Assembly (NCBI GenBank): GCA_017621705.1
Contig: JAGASR010000028.1
Span: 21,558-85,557, forward strand
Length of the DNA stretch: 64,000 nt
From: Clostridia bacterium
GTDB lineage: Bacteria > Bacillota > Clostridia > Oscillospirales > UBA644
Direction: 5' to 3'
A program made the position numbers and the translations under genes. Below the pieces are notes generated by a model. It worked only from the letters and a program-made list of their open reading frames with translations, was not told the DNA's origin and did not search any database. The number at the start of each line of letters is the position of its first letter. Position 1 is the stretch's first letter. Below, in pieces: positions 29,997 to 40,052 of this stretch.

Positions 29997-30095
29997 AAAA
30001 AATCCGAAAGCACTTCGGATGCAGGGTAAAGTCTCACAAAAGAGCATACTATCCCCTATTTGATTTATTATAGCATGAACGGTTTTAAATTGCAA
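29997..30095 (-). promoter_or_regulatory. fucI promoter and leader with internal terminator (possible attenuator)
   Basis: TTGCAA-17 nt-TATAAT (30095-30067); hairpin ATCCGAA-GTGCT-TTCGGAT followed by TTTTT, 5' of the RBS. Confidence 0.55.
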
Positions 30096-30285
30096 CAGTT
30101 TTTCAAAAACTTTCACTTAAATTTTACTTATTTAATTATTTATACCTCGTAATGATTAATAAAAACACCAACCAACAAATTTTGACAGAATAATGACTTT
30201 TTATTTTTTAAGATCAAAGTAGTTGCTTTTTGTCGTTTTTTTATGTATAATAAAAAAAATATATAATTTATTAAGGGTGACGGAT

Positions 30286-30858
30286 ATGAAATTGCTTAAA
30301 GACAGAATACTTCGCGACGGTAAGATCGGCGCAGGAAACGTATTGAAAGTAGACAGCTTTGTAAACCATCAGATTGATGTACCGTTTATGAGTGAAGTCG
30401 GAAAAGAATTCTACAACCGTTTTAAAGATGAAAAAATAACAAAGATCCTTACTATAGAAGCATCCGGTATCGGTATTGCATGCCTTGCGGCTACTCATTT
30501 CGGAGTTCCCGTTGTTTTTGCGAAAAAGACTCCGACAAACAATATTTCGGGTGACGTTTACACCGCTGAAGTTTACAGCTATACTCACGAACGTTCCTAC
30601 ATGATCCGTCTTTCGAAAGAATTTCTTTCCGCAGACGACAGAGTTCTTATCGTTGACGACTTCCTTGCGAAAGGCAGTGCACTGACTGCACTTCTCTCTC
30701 TCGTCAAAGATGCGGGCGCATCTGTTGCAGGTGCAGGTATAGTTATCGAAAAAGCATATCAGGAAGGCGGCAAACTTGTACGCGATATGGGCGTAAGAGT
30801 TGAATCCCTCGCAAGAATAGCATCCATGGACGAGAACGGAATCGTTTTTGTTGACTAA
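30286..30858 (+). CDS. xpt: Xanthine phosphoribosyltransferase
   Basis: LKVDSFVNHQID, KILTIEASGI, VLIVDDFLAKG, VIEKAYQEG. Confidence 0.95.
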   Translation: MKLLKDRILRDGKIGAGNVLKVDSFVNHQIDVPFMSEVGKEFYNRFKDEKITKILTIEASGIGIACLAATHFGVPVVFAKKTPTNNISGDVYTAEVYSYTHERSYMIRLSKEFLSADDRVLIVDDFLAKGSALTALLSLVKDAGASVAGAGIVIEKAYQEGGKLVRDMGVRVESLARIASMDENGIVFVD

Positions 30859-30909
30859 AAAGATCAGGCTTCTGAATGTATGTTCAGAAGCTTTTTCACA
30901 AAAATGTTA

Positions 30910-30960
30910 TTGACATATGACACAAACTATGGTATTATATAAACGTAAAAGTCATATGAC
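30910..30960 (+). promoter_or_regulatory. Promoter with paired G(A/T)CATATGAC sites
   Basis: TTGACA at 30910 overlapped by GACATATGAC; perfect palindrome GTCATATGAC at 30951-30960. Confidence 0.55.
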
Positions 30961-30981
30961 GGAAATGAAAGGGCGAGAGCT

Positions 30982-31326
30982 ATGCCGAGACCCCGAAAAT
31001 GCAGACGAGTTTGCGGATTGCCGAAGACAAACGAGTTTTCTCCCGTAACGGGAAGCAATGAGACGGTAGTAATAACCGTTGACGAATACGAAACACTGAG
31101 ACTTATCGACAAAGAAGGTCTTTCAAGAGAAGAATGTGCGGAGTATATGCAGATAGCAAGAACGACTGCGCAACACATATATAACGATGCAAGGAAAAAG
31201 ATAGCAACAGCCCTTGTTCTGGGTTATAATATAAAAATAGATGGCGGCGATTTCCGTCTTTGCGATGAAGAATCCGGCAAATGTTGCTGTAAGAAAAGAT
31301 GTAAAAAAAATCAACTAATAAATTAA
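30982..31326 (+). CDS. DUF134 (UPF0251) HTH protein
   Basis: [43 protein letters not shown]. Confidence 0.88.
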   Translation: MPRPRKCRRVCGLPKTNEFSPVTGSNETVVITVDEYETLRLIDKEGLSREECAEYMQIARTTAQHIYNDARKKIATALVLGYNIKIDGGDFRLCDEESGKCCCKKRCKKNQLIN

Positions 31327-31339
31327 CGGAGATAAAAAT

Positions 31340-32269
31340 ATGAGCGTAAGTAAAGAAGAAGTAACACAGGTAAAAGGCAGAGGCTTTTTAAGAAACAGAG
31401 GCACCGATAATTTTTCGGGAAGACTGGTATCTGTAGGCGGACTTTTTTCGGCAAAAGATCTCGCCGCAGTTGCGGAATGTGCTGAGAAATTCGGTAACGG
31501 TAAAGTAATTTTCACAAGCAGACTTTCTGCTGAAATTCAAGGAATCCCCTTTGAAAAAATTCCCGAAGCGGAAGCTTTCATGGCAGGTCATGATCTGTAT
31601 TTCGGCGGTACGGGTGCAAAGATACGTCCTATAACCGCTTGCAAAGGAACGACATGCGTTTACGGCAATATTGATACCCACGGTCTTGCACAGATAATTC
31701 ATGATAAATTCTATATCGGAATGAGAGATGTTAAGCTTCCTCACAAATTCAAGATCGGTGTCGGAGGATGTCCGAACAGCTGCATGAAACCGAGCCTTAA
31801 CGATGTCGGCATTGAAGGATGCAAAGTTTTCACTTTCGATGAAGAAAAATGTCGCGGCTGTAAGAAATGTGCTGTTGCAGAAAACTGTCCTTCAAAAGCG
31901 GTTTCCATGGTTGAAGGAAAAGCTTTTACGGATAAAACAAAATGCACCAAATGCGGTGTATGTGTTGGTAAATGTCCGTTCGGAGCAGTACCCGGAGAAG
32001 CGGAATCTGCATGCAGAGTATACGTAGGAGGAACATGGGGTAAAAAACAGAGAATGGGAACCCTTCTCAAAAATGTTTATTCTTCCGAAATGATTCCCGA
32101 AATAATTGAAAAAGTTATGCTTTGGTATAAAGAAAACGGTTATGCAAAAGAAAGACTCGGTGCCGCAATCGACAGAATCGGCATAGATAATTTTGAAAGC
32201 GCGATCGCATCCGACGATCTTTTAAACAGAAAAGAAGAAATACTTAAAGCTGAAATTAAACAAATGTAA
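31340..32269 (+). CDS. Nitrite/sulfite reductase-like 4Fe-4S protein with inserted ferredoxin domain
   Basis: CKGTTC, LPHKFKIGVGGCPNSC, CRGCKKC...CP, CTKCGVCVGKCP. Confidence 0.85.
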   Translation: MSVSKEEVTQVKGRGFLRNRGTDNFSGRLVSVGGLFSAKDLAAVAECAEKFGNGKVIFTSRLSAEIQGIPFEKIPEAEAFMAGHDLYFGGTGAKIRPITACKGTTCVYGNIDTHGLAQIIHDKFYIGMRDVKLPHKFKIGVGGCPNSCMKPSLNDVGIEGCKVFTFDEEKCRGCKKCAVAENCPSKAVSMVEGKAFTDKTKCTKCGVCVGKCPFGAVPGEAESACRVYVGGTWGKKQRMGTLLKNVYSSEMIPEIIEKVMLWYKENGYAKERLGAAIDRIGIDNFESAIASDDLLNRKEEILKAEIKQM

Positions 32270-32285
32270 AAAGAGGTTATAAACT

Positions 32286-32699
32286 ATGAAAATTGCAGTT
32301 ACATACAAGGCAGGTCAGGTCTTCCAGCATTTCGGACATACCGAACAGTTCAAAATCTATGATATTGAAGACGGAAAAGTAGTTTCCGCTGGTGTAATAG
32401 ATACAAACGGAACCGGTCACGGAGCACTTGCAGGTCTCCTTTCCGCATTCGGAGTTGACATTCTTATTTGCGGCGGTATCGGCGGAGGCGCGCAGACAGC
32501 TCTTAACAATGCAAATATCAAATTCTACGGCGGAGTCAAAGGTGAAGCAGACAAAGCGGTTGAAAGCTTCTTAAACGGCGCTCTTCAGTTTGATCCTAAC
32601 GCAAAGTGCGATCATCACGGTTAGCATCACCACGACGATCACGACTGCGGATCACACGATTGCGGAAGCCATAAATGCGGCGAGCACGGATGCCATTAA
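32286..32699 (+). CDS. NifB/NifX-family Fe-Mo cluster-binding protein; TAG at 32622-24 precedes an in-frame His/Cys tail ending at TAA 32699
   Basis: VFQHFGHTEQF, GHGALA, LICGGIGGGAQ; 24 further codons HHHDDHDCGSHDCGSHKCGEHGCH. Confidence 0.8.
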
Positions 32700-32711
32700 T
32701 TTTATACTAAC

Positions 32712-32746
32712 AAAAAAAGTCGAGAGAATAATCTCTCGACTTTTTG
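32712..32746. terminator. Bidirectional terminator
   Basis: AAAAAGTCGAGAGA-5 nt-TCTCTCGACTTTTT. Confidence 0.8.
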
Positions 32747-33295
32747 TTAATTAATTTTATTTTTAAACGGAACAATATTCAGTTTATCCACAACAGCTAT
32801 TACCGAAGGTATAACAACGAGCTGAACTATAATTCCGGGAATCGCGTTTGCAAACGCTCTTGTGAAAAAGATACCGAAAGTAAACGCATTTCCTATTGAA
32901 GACAAAAGAATAAACTGAACTCCTCCCCACACTATTCTGCCTGCAATCATAGAAGCAATCAGTGATAAGTATACGGTCGATATGTTTCTATTCTTAAAAA
33001 GAGCATAGATAAATCCTGCCAGAAGACCGTACGTAGTAAGTTCAAAAGCCATTGACACAGCATCAGGAAAAAGCGGAGGCATGGAAAAAATCAATGAACG
33101 AATGATAGGAGCAAAGAAGCCGACGACGGCACCGTATTCCCATCCGCATATATATGAACATAGGAGAACAGGAATGTGCATCGGTAAAAGCATTGAACCG
33201 ATACCTGGGATCTGACCGGTTAAAAAAGGAAGAACTATGCACAAAGAAAAGAACATTGCGGAAAGAGTTATTTTACGTGTTGTTGAACTTCTCAT
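32747..33295 (-). CDS. ECF transporter S component
   Basis: LPFLTGQIP..GSMLLPMHIPVLL, MPPLFP, MAFEL, PGIIVQL; all hydrophobic. Confidence 0.85.
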   Translation of the reverse strand: MRSSTTRKITLSAMFFSLCIVLPFLTGQIPGIGSMLLPMHIPVLLCSYICGWEYGAVVGFFAPIIRSLIFSMPPLFPDAVSMAFELTTYGLLAGFIYALFKNRNISTVYLSLIASMIAGRIVWGGVQFILLSSIGNAFTFGIFFTRAFANAIPGIIVQLVVIPSVIAVVDKLNIVPFKNKIN

Positions 33296-33313
33296 ATAAA
33301 TCCCCTGTCGGAA

Positions 33314-34489
33314 TTATTCTGTTACCTGATTTCTGGGAGTATAGCCAAGTTTTATAAAGTTAACATCATCGGAAAGAGTTTTGGCATTATAGATTATAAG
33401 GATCTGATCGGGAGAGAGAGATGCAACATAATCCGTAAGATTCTGATTAACATAACGAGGGTCGATCATATGGATCGTATCGTAATGAGGGACAAAAAAC
33501 GGAAGAAGGCAGTGCGTATATGAGTCTTTAATAAGAACAAGAGTCTTGCCTGTTTCCGCCTCTGTATTGACGGTCATATGCGCAGGGTTACCTGACATGA
33601 AATATGCATATTTATCTTTTTTGGAAAGGTACTCTTCGTTATAAAAAGTATCTTTTACCTCTCCACCGTCGGAAGAAAGAGTATATTTAACGGGTTCTTT
33701 ATAATCAAAACGGGTTATGGTATCGGGCTCAACGGGGAAATTACCTTTTGAATAGAAAGTTCCGTAGAAAGAATCCGAAACATCGACCTGTTCAAACTCA
33801 GATATATTCGCAGATTCAAGACCGAATTCTTTGCAGATTTCTTCATAAGCATAGAATGCCGCAAGTGTTGTCCAGTGGTGGTCGGTACGGTAATAAATAT
33901 ATTCGTCCTTATGAGCTTCAAGAACGGAATAAAGATCGATCGTATTGACAGATTCGGGGAGAGAGGAATAGAAGCGGTCGATATAATCTTTCTGATTGGA
34001 AAGGACTTCGTCGGTAGTCTCTGTTTCAGCGGGAGCGAATGCGGGAAGTTTTTCTTTATAAATAGAAAGAGAAGTAGGAACGATCGCCAAAGAAACTGGA
34101 ACATCCGTCCAGCCTTCGAATTTGGTAAGTGCAGTTATCTGATTTTCAAGGCGTTTCTGATCGATATTTTCAAATTTTTCAAGAAGATAACCGTCATCTG
34201 CAATATAAACACCGTTAATATCCTTTTTATTAAGAAGAGACATAGAAACGACGGTATTTGATTTTACCCAGAAATCACGGAACGGGAACTGGTCGGTAAT
34301 ATACGTTTCAAAATCAGCTTCAAAAGAACCGTCAAAAACACTTTTTAAAGTTGCTTTCGGCATTTGAGCAAGGATTCTATTTTCACTTTCAGAGAACGAA
34401 ACATCAGGCATTGCAATAAGTAAAATACCGAATACGAAAACGAAAATTACAAATAGAATTGAAAGGATGATCTCAGATTTTTTCTGCAT
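33314..34489 (-). CDS. DHHW-family (AlgX/AlgJ-like SGNH) envelope acyltransferase component
   Basis: SESENRILA, DQFPFRD, YYRTDHHWT, IKDSY. Confidence 0.85.
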   Translation of the reverse strand: MQKKSEIILSILFVIFVFVFGILLIAMPDVSFSESENRILAQMPKATLKSVFDGSFEADFETYITDQFPFRDFWVKSNTVVSMSLLNKKDINGVYIADDGYLLEKFENIDQKRLENQITALTKFEGWTDVPVSLAIVPTSLSIYKEKLPAFAPAETETTDEVLSNQKDYIDRFYSSLPESVNTIDLYSVLEAHKDEYIYYRTDHHWTTLAAFYAYEEICKEFGLESANISEFEQVDVSDSFYGTFYSKGNFPVEPDTITRFDYKEPVKYTLSSDGGEVKDTFYNEEYLSKKDKYAYFMSGNPAHMTVNTEAETGKTLVLIKDSYTHCLLPFFVPHYDTIHMIDPRYVNQNLTDYVASLSPDQILIIYNAKTLSDDVNFIKLGYTPRNQVTE

Positions 34490-34540
34490 ATTTAACCCCG
34501 TTTTTGTGTTTTAAAAAATAATATTTGTTAATTACGTTAT

Positions 34541-34569
34541 ATATGACGATAAAATCGCCGATAAGTTCC
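34541..34569 (-). promoter_or_regulatory. ECF-sigma-type promoter
   Basis: GGAACT-15 nt-CGTCATAT upstream of the DHHW gene. Confidence 0.55.
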
Positions 34570-34649
34570 CAACATATATGAAAATATATTGCTTGACAAT
34601 CGGACAATAATTTGATATAATAAACGGTATATCAACAATAAACTGTCCG

Positions 34650-35849
34650 ATGACAGAAAAAAGGAAGATATTTTTGAGTCACTTGCCCCCTATTCCGCCG
34701 TCAAGACAAAGGCAGATCGAACTTGCCAGACAAAGACGGATGTATGAACAAAGACAGAGACGAATAAGACAAAGAAGAAGACAGCTCATGCTTATGAGAC
34801 TGGCATTCTTCGGTTCCATTGCTCTTGTTTGCGTGGTTGCTGTTTTATTGATAGTTCGATTTATAGACCATAATTCAAAACCGACGATCAATGATGAAGA
34901 TCAAACGATCGATAATAATCAGGAGATCGTTGAGCAGATTCCGGAACCGGAAATATCCGAAGAACACGGACCCAAACTCGATCTTTCGGAACTCATAGAT
35001 CCTGCAACGTTGAACCCCAACGACAAGATCGATCTTGATTATAAAATTGATCAGGTTCTTCCCAAAGTTTATTATACTTCAGATACACCCTACACTACTT
35101 TTGCAACGGACAACCCCGATCTCGGCTCTAATGTCGATACAAAAGTTATTGTAATTGATGCAGGGCATCAGGAAGGAACAAGGACTTCGGATGTTTGGCT
35201 CTCACCGTATATAGATCCTGCAAAAAACTCCTCATGGGTACATAATTCTCTGCTGACGATCGGCGCTACAGGTGTTTCAACAAAGATACCCGAATATAAA
35301 ACAACTCATGAAATAGCAGAAAAGATGAAAGCGGAACTTGAAGGTCTCGGATATACCGTTTATCTGAGTCATCCCGATATAAAAGAAAAGCTTTCGGGAT
35401 CACAGAGAGCAGCTGTTGCAAATAAAAACAACGCGGATCTGATGATCTCTCTTCACTGCAATTCATTTGACGATGATAAATCACAAAGCGGTGCTTTGGC
35501 TCTTGTTCCCCAAATATGGGAGGGATATCCGAGCGAAAGATTATCTTATCTTTCAAAGAAAGCTGCGACGGTTCTCCTCGAGGAATATAATAAAGCAACA
35601 GGACTTAAAAACAGAGGTATCGACCCGATAACAAAATCCTCGATGTTCTCTTTTTGTAAAGTTCCGATTATTCTTTTTGAACTAGGTTTTTCAACTTGTC
35701 CGTCAGACGATAAAAACATGAATGATCCTGTTTTTCAGGATAAGATCGTTGACGGTATGATCGCAGGTATAAACAAATACTTTTCTCTTATCGAGCTTGC
35801 AAAGGCCGAAGAAATAATCGTTGATACAGAATCAACTGTTACAGAATAA
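34650..35849 (+). CDS. Membrane-anchored N-acetylmuramoyl-L-alanine amidase (Amidase_3)
   Basis: VIDAGH, IPEY, ISLHCN, LFELGF; N-terminal TM helix. Confidence 0.88.
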   Translation: MTEKRKIFLSHLPPIPPSRQRQIELARQRRMYEQRQRRIRQRRRQLMLMRLAFFGSIALVCVVAVLLIVRFIDHNSKPTINDEDQTIDNNQEIVEQIPEPEISEEHGPKLDLSELIDPATLNPNDKIDLDYKIDQVLPKVYYTSDTPYTTFATDNPDLGSNVDTKVIVIDAGHQEGTRTSDVWLSPYIDPAKNSSWVHNSLLTIGATGVSTKIPEYKTTHEIAEKMKAELEGLGYTVYLSHPDIKEKLSGSQRAAVANKNNADLMISLHCNSFDDDKSQSGALALVPQIWEGYPSERLSYLSKKAATVLLEEYNKATGLKNRGIDPITKSSMFSFCKVPIILFELGFSTCPSDDKNMNDPVFQDKIVDGMIAGINKYFSLIELAKAEEIIVDTESTVTE

Positions 35850-35862
35850 AATATATAAAATT

Positions 35863-35893
35863 ACGGCGATCGGCGTTATACCGATCGCCGTTT
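35863..35893. terminator. Hairpin between convergent genes
   Basis: ACGGCGATCGG-7 nt-CCGATCGCCGT-TT. Confidence 0.7.
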
Positions 35894-35914
35894 CATTACG
35901 CGAAAAGGTCTGAA

Positions 35915-37099
35915 TTATAAAATTTCACGTCCGCCGTCGCCAACTTCGGAAACATAGAACGAGGGAGCGATACCGGTTCTTGCTTCGTAATTTGCACCGA
36001 CTTCAGAGATAAACTTATCAACAGCTTCATCGGCAACAATGCTTACAGTACATCCGCCGAAGCCCGCGCCGGTCATACGGGAACCGATACAACCTTCGAT
36101 CTTGAGGCTCTCTTCGACCATAACGTCAAGATGAGTACCGGTAACTTCGTAAAGGTCACGAAGAGAGATATGAGAAGCGGTCATAAGGTTACCGAATGCA
36201 CGAAGATCGCCTTCGGAAAGAGCTTCTACGGATTTAAGAACACGGTCACATTCGTAAACAACGTGTTCCGCACGAATACGACAGAGATCGTCGATAATAA
36301 GAGCTTTGCCGTTTTCGAACTGTTCAGCAGTTATATCACGGAGGCATTCAGCATCGGGATAAGCAAGTTTGAGCTGTTCGAGAGCTTCTTCACACTGAGC
36401 ACGACGTTCGTTATATTTGGATTCTGCAAGAGAACGTTTCTTGTTGGTATTACCGATAACAACTTTGTAACCTTTGAGTTCAAGGGGTACATATTTGAAA
36501 GAAAGATCTTTGCAGTCAAGGAAAATAGCATGATTTTTTCTGCCCATAGCGGAAGCAAACTGGTCCATAATGCCGCAGTTAACGCCGCAGTAGGTATTTT
36601 CAGCTTTCTGAGAGATCTTTGCAAGTTCGATCATGTTGGGCTTTTCGGTAGCGCCGTTTTCATGAGAGAAAGTTGCGAGGACAAGAGACATAACAACTTC
36701 AATTGCAGCAGAAGAAGAAAGACCTGCGCCAAAGGGGACAGTGTCGTGATAAAGAATATCACAGGACTGGATATCATAACCTGCCTGCTGCATTACATAT
36801 GCAACACCTGCCTGGTAGTTACCCCAGGGAATATCTTTATATTCGCCGAGCTTTTTGATATCAAGACTTACCCTGTCGGGAAGGTCGGTTGCCGCAACGC
36901 GGATAAGACCGGAATCGGTTTTTCTTACCGCAACGGTAGAACACTGAGTGAGAGCAGCGGGGAAAACAAAACCGCCGTTATAGTCGGTATGTTCGCCGAT
37001 AAGATTGACTCTGCCGGGAGAAGAGAAGATTCTTACGTCAGAAGCATCTCCGCCGTATATTTCTGTAAATTTCGCGATAAGTCCGTTTTTGTCTAACAT
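35915..37099 (-). CDS. galK: Galactokinase
   Basis: PGRVNLIGEHTDYNGG, GAGLSSSAA, CGIMDQ, RMTGAGFGGC. Confidence 0.96.
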   Translation of the reverse strand: MLDKNGLIAKFTEIYGGDASDVRIFSSPGRVNLIGEHTDYNGGFVFPAALTQCSTVAVRKTDSGLIRVAATDLPDRVSLDIKKLGEYKDIPWGNYQAGVAYVMQQAGYDIQSCDILYHDTVPFGAGLSSSAAIEVVMSLVLATFSHENGATEKPNMIELAKISQKAENTYCGVNCGIMDQFASAMGRKNHAIFLDCKDLSFKYVPLELKGYKVVIGNTNKKRSLAESKYNERRAQCEEALEQLKLAYPDAECLRDITAEQFENGKALIIDDLCRIRAEHVVYECDRVLKSVEALSEGDLRAFGNLMTASHISLRDLYEVTGTHLDVMVEESLKIEGCIGSRMTGAGFGGCTVSIVADEAVDKFISEVGANYEARTGIAPSFYVSEVGDGGREIL

Positions 37100-37230
37100 A
37101 TAATGCCATACCTTTCATGTCTGTAATAATGACATCTTAAATTCTTTTTATTTGTTTTTACTCGTACATTATACATTATACTACAAAAAAATAAAAAAAT
37201 CAATAGCTATAACAGAAAAGAACGATATAT

Positions 37231-37662
37231 TTACATTAAATTTTTCAGATCGGGGATCATAGAGACGTAAATATCGTGTATTTTTATCTTTATTTTCTCC
37301 AGGTTACGTATCAGATCTTCGTTTTCAAAAAATTCGGAGGTATTTCTTTTCAGGAAATACGCGTCCGTTTCATATATAAGGTCTCGTATTTCATCGACAG
37401 CTTTATCATGAATAAAAACCGAGATCGTATTTTCTTTACGAATAAACTCATCGGAAAAATCTTTATATAAAGATAACGCTTCCTCGAAACTTTCTTTTGA
37501 GATACTTTCTGTTATACGGTCTATGCTTTTGCAAAGAGCATCGGACGTTTTTTTAAGATAAATCAGTTCGACCGTGATTGCGACCGAAGCCAACACCACA
37601 AGGACAACAGCCAGGATAATTCTGCTTTTCATAAAATTCAGATACCGTCCTTTAAGATCCAT
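37231..37662 (-). CDS. DUF4363-like protein
   Basis: N-terminal TM followed by a helical region; directly downstream of DUF421. Confidence 0.6.
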   Translation of the reverse strand: MDLKGRYLNFMKSRIILAVVLVVLASVAITVELIYLKKTSDALCKSIDRITESISKESFEEALSLYKDFSDEFIRKENTISVFIHDKAVDEIRDLIYETDAYFLKRNTSEFFENEDLIRNLEKIKIKIHDIYVSMIPDLKNLM

Positions 37663-38276
37663 TCCGTATTTCCACTATTTCGAATACACAAAAACACATC
37701 GTCAAAACTTTTCGCTTTATGTTTTTTTGCTTCGCAAAGAAGTTGTTTTTCTGAGATTTGAGCCTTTAACAGATTATCTGTAAGCAGTTTACCATCAACA
37801 ATAAGAGGATACGGTACGGAATTCTGCTCGGTACCATTTTTTAAAATCACGCTCATTTTGCCGCTTGTTTCAAGAATACAGAATTTTACATCATTTATAT
37901 CCATCGCGCCGTTCTGACGTATCTCTTCATAGAGTTCGCTGATTGTAAGCTGTGTTTTTTTCATTTCGGACTGATTTATAACTCCGTTTTCAACGATTAT
38001 ATTATATTGCCCTGCAAGGACACGTTCGACCGATCTGCTTTTCAAAGAAATTACAGCAGAGAATATTTCCAGGGAAATAAGAACCGTTATTGCAACAACG
38101 ATATTGACGATAGGATATTCTCTGTCCTGCATGGGAATTGTTGCGAGTTCAGAAATGATGATTGTTATGACAAGTTCGGAAGGCTCTAGCTCGCCGATCT
38201 GTCTTTTACCCATGAGACGTATCGCCAATATTGTAAGAATATAAAAAAAGAAAGTTCTGAGTAGAACTATTGACAA
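37638..38276 (-). CDS. DUF421 (YetF-like) membrane protein
   Basis: RLMGKRQIGEL, ILETSGKMSV, LIVDGK. Confidence 0.88.
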   Translation of the reverse strand: MSIVLLRTFFFYILTILAIRLMGKRQIGELEPSELVITIIISELATIPMQDREYPIVNIVVAITVLISLEIFSAVISLKSRSVERVLAGQYNIIVENGVINQSEMKKTQLTISELYEEIRQNGAMDINDVKFCILETSGKMSVILKNGTEQNSVPYPLIVDGKLLTDNLLKAQISEKQLLCEAKKHKAKSFDDVFLCIRNSGNTEWILKDGI

Positions 38277-38374
38277 ATATTTCCGCTCCCCTCTTGATTT
38301 TTAAGTAAAAATAAGATATAATTAAAGAAAACGATCTGAATCATAATTATCGTTTCTATTATGGAGGTTTTTTT

Positions 38375-40039
38375 ATGAAATATTCTATTGGCATAGATTT
38401 TGGTACACTTTCCGGCAGAGCGGCTCTTTTTGAAGTAGGAAATTCAAAAGAGATCTGCTGTTCCGTTCTTGAATATCCTCATGCGGTAATCGACACGGGT
38501 TCCGAATATGCGGAAAAGCTTTTCGGTGGTCTTCCGCAGGATTTTGCACTTGAACATCCGCAGGATTATCTTGACGTTCTTGCGACAACCATTCCCGATG
38601 TTATCAAAAAAGGCAGAATAGATCCGAAAGATATTATAGGTATCGGTATCGACTTTACGGCATGCACAATGCTCCCCGTTAAAAACGATGGTACTCCCCT
38701 TTGCTTTATAGATAAATATAAAAATAATCCGTATGCATATATAAAACTCTGGAAGCACCACGCAGCTCAGGATAAAGCAAACAAGCTCAACGAGATTGCT
38801 GCTGAACGCGGTGAAAAATGGCTTTCTTCATACGGTGGAAAGATCTCTTCCGAATGGATGTTCCCGAAGATCTGGGAAACTCTCGACAAAGCCCCCGAGA
38901 TTTACGAAGAGGCAGACTGTTTTGTTGAAGCCGCCGACTGGGTAATATGGCAGCTTTGCGGCAAACAGACAAAGAACTCCTGTACCGCAGGCTACAAAGC
39001 TATGTGGAACAAAAAAGAAGGTTACCCCTCACCTGAATTCTTTGCGGCACTTGATAAGAGACTCGAAAATGTAATCGAAGAAAAATTCTCCTGCCCCGTT
39101 TCTCCTCTCGGACAGAAAGCAGGCGAAGTCACAGCTAAAGCAGCAGAACTCACAGGTCTTTGCGAAGGCACGGCTGTTGCTGTTGCGAACGTCGATGCGC
39201 ATGTCACCGTTCCCGCGCTCGGTATGAGAGAAACAGGCAAGATGCTCATGATAATGGGCACATCGACCTGCCATATGCTTCTTTCCGATGAAGATAAATA
39301 TGTTCCCGGTATTTGCGGATCTGTTGAAGACGGTATTCTTCCCGGAATGATCGGATATGAAGCAGGTCAGAGCTGTGTCGGCGATCATTTTGCTTGGTTT
39401 ACCGAAAATCTTCTCAATGCAGAGCTTAAAGCAGAAGCAGAAGGAAGAAAGATCGCACCTCAGCAGCTTCTTGCAGAAAAAGCTGCTCTTATCCCTGCAG
39501 GTAAGAGCGGTCTTCTTGCTCTTGACTGGTGGAACGGCAACCGCTCGATTCTTGTTGACGTTGACCTTACCGGTATGATACTCGGTATGACGCTTGCAAC
39601 AAAGCCCGAAGAAATTTATAAAGCACTCGTTGAGGCTACGGCATACGGAACAAGAATGATTATTGAAAACTATACCGAACACGGTGTTCCCGTAACAGGT
39701 CTTTACGCGGCAGGCGGTATCGCAGTAAAGAGCCCCGAAACAATGCAGATATACGCAGACGTTACAGGTCTTGAAATCAAGATTGCAGGATCTTCTCAGG
39801 CGCCCGCTCTCGGTTCCGCAATATTCGGTGCTGTTGCGGCAGGCAAAGAAAACGGCGGTTACGATACAGTTTACGAAGCGGCTGAAAAGATGGGAAGCCT
39901 CAGCGATAAAGTATATAGACCCAACCCCTCCGAAAAAGCTGTTTACGACAAACTTTTTGCGGAATACAAAAAACTTCACGATTACTTCGGTCGCGGAGAA
40001 AACGATGTTATGAAAAACCTCAAAAAGCTTAAAGACTAA
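38375..40039 (+). CDS. araB: Ribulokinase (FGGY family)
   Basis: [44 protein letters not shown]. Confidence 0.93.
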   Translation: MKYSIGIDFGTLSGRAALFEVGNSKEICCSVLEYPHAVIDTGSEYAEKLFGGLPQDFALEHPQDYLDVLATTIPDVIKKGRIDPKDIIGIGIDFTACTMLPVKNDGTPLCFIDKYKNNPYAYIKLWKHHAAQDKANKLNEIAAERGEKWLSSYGGKISSEWMFPKIWETLDKAPEIYEEADCFVEAADWVIWQLCGKQTKNSCTAGYKAMWNKKEGYPSPEFFAALDKRLENVIEEKFSCPVSPLGQKAGEVTAKAAELTGLCEGTAVAVANVDAHVTVPALGMRETGKMLMIMGTSTCHMLLSDEDKYVPGICGSVEDGILPGMIGYEAGQSCVGDHFAWFTENLLNAELKAEAEGRKIAPQQLLAEKAALIPAGKSGLLALDWWNGNRSILVDVDLTGMILGMTLATKPEEIYKALVEATAYGTRMIIENYTEHGVPVTGLYAAGGIAVKSPETMQIYADVTGLEIKIAGSSQAPALGSAIFGAVAAGKENGGYDTVYEAAEKMGSLSDKVYRPNPSEKAVYDKLFAEYKKLHDYFGRGENDVMKNLKKLKD

Positions 40040-40052
40040 GGAGATATGTATC

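Noticed and set aside
30120-30285. Purine riboswitch expected before xpt
   Set aside because: No aptamer core visible, and the probable -10 box lies too close to the start to leave room
32622-32624. Genome-wide TAG recoding
   Set aside because: Other genes end cleanly at TAG beside a terminator (9385, 9437)
34700-34790. AGAC/AGA-rich repetitive stretch
   Set aside because: Encodes the Arg/Gln-rich cytoplasmic helix of the amidase, not a DNA repeat element
37150-37172. Possible AraR-like site upstream of galK
   Set aside because: Only a partial palindrome in AT-rich DNA; unsupported
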